Assembly: GCA_022511505.1 (NCBI GenBank)
Contig: JAFLTK010000343.1
Coordinates: 1-59,255 of the forward strand
Origin: Muribaculaceae bacterium
GTDB lineage: Bacteria; Bacteroidota; Bacteroidia; Bacteroidales; Muribaculaceae
Reading direction: 5' to 3'
Length of the DNA stretch: 59,255 bases
The number at the start of each line of letters is the position of its first letter. The first letter of the stretch is position 1. The notes beneath the pieces were generated by a model. It ran no database searches, had not been told where the DNA came from, and saw only the letters and a list, made by a program, of their open reading frames with translations. Shown here piece by piece: positions 33,384-40,608 of this stretch. Position numbers and translations under genes: made by a program.

Positions 33384-34394
33384 ATGAATATCAAATTAAC
33401 AGAAGAAATACGCCGGATTATAAATAACGCGCGAGCTAATGCCGTTCGTTCGGTTGATTTTTGCCGAGTGCAAATGTATTGGCAGATAGGTCGGCGCATT
33501 GTTGAAGAAGAACAGGGAGGCAATTCCCGCGCTGAGTATGGTACAGGCCTAATTAAGACTTTAGCAAAAGAATTAGAGCCTGAATTTGGAAGCGGATTCT
33601 CGTTCCGTCAACTTAATTTTAGTAGACAATTTTTTCTTGCTTATCCAAAAGTGAACGCACTGCGTTCACAATTCAATTGGACTCAGTATCGTGCTCTAAT
33701 TCAGATACATGACAAAGACAAAAGAGAATATTATGAACTTGAAGCCGTCAACAACAACTGGACGGCACGTGAGCTTGAAAGACAAATTCACTCGTCGCTC
33801 TACGAGCGCTTGCTTATGAGTAATGACAAAGAAACAGTCCTTGCACTTGCTCGAAAAGAGCGAATTCCCGAAACCCCTCAAGAAATGGTTAAGGATCCGA
33901 TGGTCCTTGAATTTTTAGGGTTACACCGCGACTCAAAATATTATGAAACCGACCTTGAAAATGCGTTGATTACCCATTTGCAAGATTTTTTGCTTGAACT
34001 TGGCAACGGTTTTACATTCGTCGGCCGTCAGCAACGGCTTCTTCTTGAAGATGATGAGTTTTTTGCCGACCTCGTCTTTTACAATAGATTGACTCGGAAT
34101 TTCTATGTCTTCGAACTTAAAACCGGGAAAGCCACCCATCAAGATATAGGGCAGCTGCAAATGTATGTAAACTATTATGACCGATATGTAAAAACTGAGG
34201 ATGAAAATCCTACAATTGGCATTTTGTTATGTGCTGAAAAGAATGACACGGTTATAAAGATGACATTACCCGAAGATAACAGAACCATTTTGGCGGCAAA
34301 ATATCTCACTTATCTACCAACTGAGGCTCAACTGATAGAAGAGGTTGAGAAGGTCAAAAGAGAAATCGCGTTAAGGGATAAAACGCAACTGTAA
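33384..34394 (+). CDS. YhcG/DUF1016 family PDDEXK nuclease-like protein
   Basis: 336 aa. N-terminal DUF1016-type helical region (YWQIGRRIVEEEQGG..RAEYG...LSWTQYR-like NWTQYRALI). C-terminal PD-(D/E)xK-like core (FFADLVFYNRLTRNFYVFELKTGK). Visibly AT-rich versus its flanks. Confidence 0.8.
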   Translation: MNIKLTEEIRRIINNARANAVRSVDFCRVQMYWQIGRRIVEEEQGGNSRAEYGTGLIKTLAKELEPEFGSGFSFRQLNFSRQFFLAYPKVNALRSQFNWTQYRALIQIHDKDKREYYELEAVNNNWTARELERQIHSSLYERLLMSNDKETVLALARKERIPETPQEMVKDPMVLEFLGLHRDSKYYETDLENALITHLQDFLLELGNGFTFVGRQQRLLLEDDEFFADLVFYNRLTRNFYVFELKTGKATHQDIGQLQMYVNYYDRYVKTEDENPTIGILLCAEKNDTVIKMTLPEDNRTILAAKYLTYLPTEAQLIEEVEKVKREIALRDKTQL

Positions 34395-34508
34395 TGTGTC
34401 GGAAAACTACCATTTGGCAGAACTCCTTTTCAGAGACATTTAAAATTGGTAAAGTTTAAGGTCTTTCGATTTTTCAAGGCGGAGGGTGGTTGTTTGGAAA
34501 AAAAGTTG

Positions 34509-34516
34509 TAATTTTG
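34509..34516 (+). promoter_or_regulatory. candidate -7 box (TAATTTTG) for the nusB operon
   Basis: TAnnTTTG match 28 nt upstream of the ATG at 34545. Confidence 0.4.
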
Positions 34517-34544
34517 CGGGCAAAATCAATAGCACATTTAAATC

Positions 34545-35993
34545 ATGTTAAACAGAACTCTTATCCGCATCAAAGTCGTTCAGCAACTCTATGCCTACAT
34601 GCTGACACGCCACGACTTTACGATAGACCCTGCTCCCCAAAATCCTTCACGCGACAAATTGGCGACTTATAACGCTTATCGCGATGTGTTATTGATGATA
34701 TTTGACCTATCGGGCTACCCGGTCAACGGACGCTCGATTGACCTCGGCAGTGGCGCTCAGAAGCGCGCCGCGCTCCACTCCAACAAACTTGCGATGGCTC
34801 TGCGCGACGATTCGTCGTTTCGCGCTGAACTTGCTCGCGACAATGACCGCATAGGGCTTTATGATGAGGTTCTCCCCGCGGTGCTCGACGAAATCATTGC
34901 CTCTCGCGCTTATGCCGATTATGTCAAGCTCAAGGAACACACTGTCGACTCCGATTGCCGTTTCTGGGAAACAATCCTGATGACTACGCTGATGAATAGC
35001 AAGACGTTACACTCGTTCTTGCGCCGCGTTGACGGCAATAACTTCACGGTGACGGGCTATCGTCACGGTATCTCTCAGGCGGCTCAGACTATTGCCGACT
35101 TCCGCAACAGTGACAACGGCCTCGCCTCGGCGCGCTTGTCGTTGCAGCGTGGCCTCAACGAGGCATACGCCCTCTACAACGCGCTGCTTCGCCTCATTGT
35201 CGACCTCACTGCCGAGCGCCGCGAACGCATCGAGATGGCCCGCAACAAGTATCTCCCCTCGGCCGAGGATTTGAACCCCGACATGCGCTTGGCTTCCAAT
35301 CGCCTGGCTGCTCATCTCGAGGAGCAGCCCGAGATAGAAGAGGCCCTGAAGGACGGCGAGTTTTCGTGGGTCAACAATCCGGCAACTCTGCGAGTGCTGC
35401 TCGACAAGATTATGGAAAGCGACATCTATCGGGAGTATGTCGACGCCGAGAAGGACGACTTTGAGACCGATGCCGAGTTTTGGCGCCAAGTGATGCGCAA
35501 CATCATTCTGCCGAGCGACGAATTGGCCGAGACGCTCGAAGACAGTTCGATTTACTGGAACGGCGACCTGGAGGTGATCGGTTCGTTTGTGCTGAAAACG
35601 CTGAAACAGTTTGCCACCCGCGGCCCCGAGACAATGCTCTTGCCCCAATATAAAGACGACGAGGACAAAGCGTTTGGCCCGCGACTATTTAACGCGGCAA
35701 TCAAGCACAAAGAGGAATATCGCGGCTACATTGACCGATTTGTCAACAAATCGCAGTGGGACAGCGATCGCCTGGCGTTGATGGATATTGTCATCATGAT
35801 AACGGCCATCACCGAGATTATCGACTACCCGTTGATACCGATAGCCGTCTCCCTCAACGAGTATATCAACGTTGCCCACGTCTACAGCACCGAGCGCAGC
35901 GGCAATTTCATCAACGGTATTCTCTACTCGATTGTCAACCACCTCATCGAGGAGGGAGTCATCAACAAGCCTCTTCCCGCCAAGGAGCGCTAA
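34545..35993 (+). CDS. nusB: transcription antitermination factor NusB, unusually long form
   Basis: 482 aa. The start is NusB-like (LIRIKVVQQLYAY). The canonical NusB C-terminal core is WDSDRLALMDIVIMITAITEI...SLNEYINVAHVYSTERSGNFINGILYSI. It is followed by yajC-ybbR-coaE, as in other Bacteroidales. Confidence 0.75.
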   Translation: MLNRTLIRIKVVQQLYAYMLTRHDFTIDPAPQNPSRDKLATYNAYRDVLLMIFDLSGYPVNGRSIDLGSGAQKRAALHSNKLAMALRDDSSFRAELARDNDRIGLYDEVLPAVLDEIIASRAYADYVKLKEHTVDSDCRFWETILMTTLMNSKTLHSFLRRVDGNNFTVTGYRHGISQAAQTIADFRNSDNGLASARLSLQRGLNEAYALYNALLRLIVDLTAERRERIEMARNKYLPSAEDLNPDMRLASNRLAAHLEEQPEIEEALKDGEFSWVNNPATLRVLLDKIMESDIYREYVDAEKDDFETDAEFWRQVMRNIILPSDELAETLEDSSIYWNGDLEVIGSFVLKTLKQFATRGPETMLLPQYKDDEDKAFGPRLFNAAIKHKEEYRGYIDRFVNKSQWDSDRLALMDIVIMITAITEIIDYPLIPIAVSLNEYINVAHVYSTERSGNFINGILYSIVNHLIEEGVINKPLPAKER

Positions 35994-36073
35994 ACCCCCG
36001 ATTTAATATTGTAATATCCAAAATTAGCAGTATATTTGCATTATCAAAAACCAAATAAAAGATTTAACTAACT

Positions 36074-36406
36074 ATGAACCTTAACCTAATCGCCCTTCAG
36101 GATGCCAACGGCGGCGGAATGCAACTTTTGATGATTGTGGCACTTATCGTCATTTTCTACTTCTTTATGATAAGACCGCAGCAGAAAAAGCAGAAAGAAA
36201 TCCGCAAGTTCCGTGAGGCTCTTGACAAGGGCGACCGCATCATCACTGCCGGCGGTATCCACGGCCGCATCGTCGAGGTCAAGGACGTTACGTTCCTGAT
36301 TGAAGTTGCCAAAGGCGTAACCATCCTGATTGACAAGAACTCGGTTTACCCGTCGGCCGACGACGCCAAGCAGGCACAGGAGAACGCTCAGGAACTCCGC
36401 AAATAA
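36074..36406 (+). CDS. yajC: preprotein translocase subunit YajC
   Basis: 110 aa. One TM helix, then MIRPQQKKQKE...GD.IIT.GGIHG.I, typical of YajC. Confidence 0.9.
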   Translation: MNLNLIALQDANGGGMQLLMIVALIVIFYFFMIRPQQKKQKEIRKFREALDKGDRIITAGGIHGRIVEVKDVTFLIEVAKGVTILIDKNSVYPSADDAKQAQENAQELRK

Positions 36407-36427
36407 TAAGGGCGCCCGCCCACGACG

Positions 36428-37408
36428 ATGGCCGAAAACAACGCCCTCAAAAACGCAACCGCCCGCGCCCGCGAGGCGCTTCACTCGACGCGCGGCAAGA
36501 ATATCCTGACCTACTTGCTGTTTGTCGGGATTGCGTTTGTGTTCTGGTTGCTGATGTCGCTCGACAGCGAGATTCAGCGCGACTTTGACGTGCCGCTCGA
36601 CATCGAGTCGTTGCCCGACAGCGTCACGCTTATCAATCAGCCGCCGGCCACGCTGAGCGTTTCGGTCAAAGGGAAAGGCTCACAGATGTTGCGGTTCTCG
36701 TTTGGCAAGACGCCTCGCTTGAAGCTCAAGTTTGACCGCAATTTCTCGTCGCGCGACAATCGCATCGTTTTGACGCGTGCCAACCTCGACACACGTCTGC
36801 GCGACTACTTTGGCGCCGGAGTTTCAATCTTGGCCTGTCGACCCGATTCCATCTCGCTGTATTACACGACCTCGGCCCCCGTGCGGCTGCCCCTGACTGT
36901 CGAGACCGACATCAACACCGCGCTGCAATATGTCATCTCCGGCCCGATTAAGGTGAATGTCGACTCGGTTGACGTCTATTCCATTGGCGACCTGCCGCGC
37001 AATTTACTGAAAGTCGAGACCGAGCCGGTTGTCAAGTCGGGCCTCAAAGACACCATGCGCTATGAGGTCAAGGTCAAGCCGATACCGGGCGCGCGCATAA
37101 TCCCTGACCGCGTGACCATCACCGTCCCGGTCGAGCCGCTCATCTCGCGCCGCCGCGCGATAAATATAGAGACGGTTAACGTTCCTGACAACGTCGGGTT
37201 GCTGACTTTCCCGTCGACGGTCGACGTCTCCTACCTCGTCCCGATGAACGCCTACAACGAGACTTTCCCAATCCGCGTCTATGTCGACTACAACAACATC
37301 GAGCCGGGCATGTCAAAGTTGCCGCTGACGCTTTCAATCCATCCGGGCATTGCCAAAGATGCTGTAATGGCGATGGATAGTGTCGAGTTTGTCCTTGAAA
37401 AACAGTAG
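36428..37408 (+). CDS. YbbR-like domain protein
   Basis: 326 aa. An N-terminal TM anchor is followed by repeated beta-rich YbbR-like modules. The position between yajC and coaE is conserved. Confidence 0.65.
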   Translation: MAENNALKNATARAREALHSTRGKNILTYLLFVGIAFVFWLLMSLDSEIQRDFDVPLDIESLPDSVTLINQPPATLSVSVKGKGSQMLRFSFGKTPRLKLKFDRNFSSRDNRIVLTRANLDTRLRDYFGAGVSILACRPDSISLYYTTSAPVRLPLTVETDINTALQYVISGPIKVNVDSVDVYSIGDLPRNLLKVETEPVVKSGLKDTMRYEVKVKPIPGARIIPDRVTITVPVEPLISRRRAINIETVNVPDNVGLLTFPSTVDVSYLVPMNAYNETFPIRVYVDYNNIEPGMSKLPLTLSIHPGIAKDAVMAMDSVEFVLEKQ

Positions 37409-37496
37409 TTTAAGTTGCTTTTGTTGTTGAAGTTATTGTAACTATAACAAATACAGCATCAACAGCAAAAACAACATCAACAACAATAAAAAATAC
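37408..37496. repeat. GT-rich/AC-rich degenerate hairpin element (family 1, copy 4)
   Basis: Left arm gtttaagttgcttttgttgttgaagttattgt, right arm aactataacaaatacagcatcaacagcaaaaacaacatcaacaacaataaaaaatac. It fills the ybbR-coaE gap, and the AC arm ends 4 nt before the coaE start. Confidence 0.7.
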
Positions 37497-37500
37497 CCAA

Positions 37501-38100
37501 TTGAAAGTAATTGCAATCACCGGGGGCATAGGTTCCGGCAAAAGCATTGTGGCCCGTTGCGTCAAGGCGATGGACTACCCTGTATATGACTGCGACTCGC
37601 GCGCTAAAGCGCTGATGGACAGCAGTCCCGCAATCATTGAGGCGATAGGTCGCGAAATCGGCAGCCACTGTATCGACGCTTGTAGGGGCACGATTGACCG
37701 CACGGCACTCGCATCAACGGTGTTCAGCGATGCCGACGCCCTCGCGCGATTGAACGCGATTGTCCACGGGGCAGTTCGTGCCGACATCAAGGAGCAAATG
37801 GAGCGTCTGAGGAGCGCCGGGCTTCGCTCGCTCGCCTTCATCGAAACGGCAATTTTGTATCAGAGCGAGATTGACCGCATGGTCGATGCCGTATGGGAAG
37901 TTACAGCCCCCCGGGCAATCCGCATCGAGCGCGTAATGAGCCGCAACGGCTTAACTGCCGGCGAGGTAGAGGCACGCATCGACTCTCAGGACACATATAA
38001 AAGCGACCGTCGTCACCATAGCGTAAACTATATAGTGAACGACGGTTTTATGCCTATTCTGCCTGCGGTAGTTCAACTCATCCGCGAGGCCGAGGGTTGA
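37501..38100 (+). CDS. coaE: dephospho-CoA kinase
   Basis: 199 aa with the P-loop ITGGIGSGKS. The apparent start codon is TTG. Confidence 0.85.
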   Translation: MKVIAITGGIGSGKSIVARCVKAMDYPVYDCDSRAKALMDSSPAIIEAIGREIGSHCIDACRGTIDRTALASTVFSDADALARLNAIVHGAVRADIKEQMERLRSAGLRSLAFIETAILYQSEIDRMVDAVWEVTAPRAIRIERVMSRNGLTAGEVEARIDSQDTYKSDRRHHSVNYIVNDGFMPILPAVVQLIREAEG

Positions 38101-38109
38101 GCCGGGCGG

Positions 38110-38700
38110 TTAGAACGCGTGGCTGTCAAGTTTTTTCTGAATGCGCTCGCGGTTATTGTCACGCGGGTCACCTGTTTCGTCGGTAAAGTAACCTTTTTCT
38201 GACGAGTCGCCATCAACAAAGTCACGCATTGAGCCGGTTTTGGTCTGCTTTTCGTGCCAAAGCACCTCGTAGTCGCGAGTATAGTCGGCGTTTGGCACAA
38301 CGTTGGTGTCAAACTGCAGTTCGCGATAAGTAGAGTCTACAAAGTTGCCATAGAGCCAAACGTAGTGTTCAACAAAGCCGGTATTTTTAATCGTGTTGTA
38401 GGAAAGATGGAGCGTTGCGGTGCGGTTGGGGAGCACAAGGAACGGCAACTCGTCGAGCGCCACGATGCAACCGCATGTGGTCTGTATCTCTTGGATAAAC
38501 AGGGGGTCATCTGACTTGTTCTCGATTTCGTATGATATACCGAGTGTCTCGCCTTGAATGACGGGATAATAATGCCTTATGGGGTCTCTAAATTCTGCCT
38601 CGACCGGAACGAGTTCCTTGTCGACGCATGCTGAAACAGACAGCGCCGACACGGCAGCGACAAGAGTCGCTCTGATTGTTTTACCTGAAAAAGGTTTCAT
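38110..38700 (-). CDS. DUF1573 domain lipoprotein
   Basis: 196 aa. It has a signal peptide with a Cys (ALSVSAC). The DUF1573 hallmark (beta-sandwich with ...N.SDDPL.I.EIQTTCGC...) is present. Confidence 0.7.
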   Translation of the reverse strand: MKPFSGKTIRATLVAAVSALSVSACVDKELVPVEAEFRDPIRHYYPVIQGETLGISYEIENKSDDPLFIQEIQTTCGCIVALDELPFLVLPNRTATLHLSYNTIKNTGFVEHYVWLYGNFVDSTYRELQFDTNVVPNADYTRDYEVLWHEKQTKTGSMRDFVDGDSSEKGYFTDETGDPRDNNRERIQKKLDSHAF

Positions 38701-38704
38701 TATC

Positions 38705-38810
38705 TTGATGTTGGGGTTGTCATTGTTGTTGATGTTGTTGATGTCTTTATTATCAATAACATAACCAATTTCAACTATAAACTTTTAACTCTCAACAATA
38801 AACTTCAAGT
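38705..38810. repeat. GT-rich/AC-rich degenerate hairpin element (family 1, copy 5)
   Basis: Left arm ttgatgttggggttgtcattgttgttgatgttgttgatgtc, right arm tatcaataacataaccaatttcaactataaacttttaactctcaacaataaacttcaag. The GT arm starts 4 nt from the DUF1573 start codon, so on the minus-strand mRNA its AC-rich complement precedes the ATG. Confidence 0.7.
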
Positions 38811-38832
38811 AGAGTTTCGCTCAACTTAAGTT

Positions 38833-40587
38833 TTATTCAGCAAATGCTTCAATCTCGTCAAGCGCCATTGACTTGGTCTCGGGGTCTTTGAGGACTGAGA
38901 CGGTGAAAGGCCCGACGGCATTGGCGGGAATGTCAATGTCGACAAACGAGTGACGCGAGTGGATAGGATGTTTTTCGGGTTTAATGCCGTCGACAATCTT
39001 ATATCCGTTGGCGTCGAGCAACTTGACGCTGACGGGACGGCCAATATGGTAGGCCGGGTTGCGTGTAAAGCAGATGCGCAGCCTTTTCATCCCATCGACC
39101 TTCGGAATTTGAATTTGCAGGGCGGTTTCGCTTGACACGAGCATGTTGCCGCTGTGATAGTTATGGGGCATACCGAGGCGACCATCGGTCAGAATCGAGA
39201 TGTCGCTATACTCTTCGTCGAGGCGCGTCAGAGGTTTGAGTTGAACGCCCTTTAGCAGATTCGTGCCGTTGACCTCGTCATAGTGGCCAACCATAAAGTC
39301 ATAATCCTTTACATAGGAAGCAATTTCCCAAGCGCCCTCGTTGTAGACCTCGATGCCTTCGTCGGTCAGGCTGGCCAGGTCGTCGACATGGTCTTCATAT
39401 CCCGCAAAGTCGCCGTTGATGCGCATCAACTCGAGTTTGGTCAGCGCCAGCGCGCGATACAGGCGGTCAATCTCGACACGCTCGGCTCCCTTGGCCTTCA
39501 GGCGAAGGGTGCGCAACTTGTCATAGAACGCATTAAACTCAGCCTCGGGCAAGTAGGTCTGCAGAGCAACCTGAATACCTTCATAGAGGGGAAGATTTTT
39601 GCTCAATTGCCGGGCATAGTTCTCTTGGGCAATGATGAAGTCATAAATCGCGTTACCGGTCACGGGATAGAAGTCCTTGCAATATTTCTTAAGGAGCGAT
39701 TGCCAGTCGGCGCCCGGATTATTCATCAAGTCGGCGAGCACGTATGCGTGCAGTTTGCTGAAAGTGCTGTAATCGGTACCGCTACCGTTCAGGAATACGC
39801 CCTTTACACCGTTGCGACCATACAGTTGCAGGCGGCGTTGCATGATGTTGAACACGGGGAACGGCGTGAAATAGTCGTCGAAGTTCTGGATATAGTCCCA
39901 GATATAGATGCGTTGGGTGTTCCTTTTCCACTCCTGAAGCAACGATTCAAACTGTTGCTCGCCTGAGGTTGCAGCGCCGTTGAGGGGATAGTCCATCGCG
40001 CTGATGAGCACGCCGGCGTTTGCGGGAAGTTGCTTGGTCGGGAGCCCCTTGGTAGTGCTGTAATAGGAGGTAAAAAATTGATGTTTGGGGAATCGTTGTG
40101 CCAGGCGCGTAATCATGTTGAACACGGCCGGCGCGGCGTTATCCTTGGTGTTACCTTCCCTGACGCAGTATTCACACTGGCACACGAGGTGGTTATCGTA
40201 GGGCAGTATGGCGAAACGGGTCGTCACGTTTGCGTCAAAGGTGTCATTGATATAGTCAACAAGGTTCTCATATAGGTCGTCGCTCATAAAGCAGAGCTGG
40301 TCGTGCTCGCGATGTCCGTTGACAAGGGCATAGACGCTTTCAGAGTGCTTTTTGGGCAATTTTTTGGCCAGATTGTGACCCCAGATACCCCAGTCGCTGT
40401 CGAGGTTGTTCAGCCCCAGAGCGGCTGCACCGGCCGACGAACTCTCGGGCAGATATATCTCTCGATATTCAAAATCGCCCGCGTGGTTTACATCTTCGGC
40501 CGACGCCTTTGTTCCGCGAGTGCAGGCAAAGATGGGGGCGATGATGGTGCAAACTATGAGTAATTGTCTTATTAATAGTTGTTTCAC
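38833..40587 (-). CDS. secreted lipoprotein, possibly DUF4838-like glycan-processing enzyme with a C-terminal discoidin-like domain
   Basis: 584 aa with a lipobox-like signal (IIAPIFAC). It starts 22 nt after the stop of the TPR/beta-barrel gene. The CQCEYC motif and overall layout recall DUF4838 proteins, but that is from memory only, so the functional call is weak. Confidence 0.55.
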   Translation of the reverse strand: MKQLLIRQLLIVCTIIAPIFACTRGTKASAEDVNHAGDFEYREIYLPESSSAGAAALGLNNLDSDWGIWGHNLAKKLPKKHSESVYALVNGHREHDQLCFMSDDLYENLVDYINDTFDANVTTRFAILPYDNHLVCQCEYCVREGNTKDNAAPAVFNMITRLAQRFPKHQFFTSYYSTTKGLPTKQLPANAGVLISAMDYPLNGAATSGEQQFESLLQEWKRNTQRIYIWDYIQNFDDYFTPFPVFNIMQRRLQLYGRNGVKGVFLNGSGTDYSTFSKLHAYVLADLMNNPGADWQSLLKKYCKDFYPVTGNAIYDFIIAQENYARQLSKNLPLYEGIQVALQTYLPEAEFNAFYDKLRTLRLKAKGAERVEIDRLYRALALTKLELMRINGDFAGYEDHVDDLASLTDEGIEVYNEGAWEIASYVKDYDFMVGHYDEVNGTNLLKGVQLKPLTRLDEEYSDISILTDGRLGMPHNYHSGNMLVSSETALQIQIPKVDGMKRLRICFTRNPAYHIGRPVSVKLLDANGYKIVDGIKPEKHPIHSRHSFVDIDIPANAVGPFTVSVLKDPETKSMALDEIEAFAE

Positions 40588-40608
40588 GTCAAATATATTT
40601 TTGTAGAT

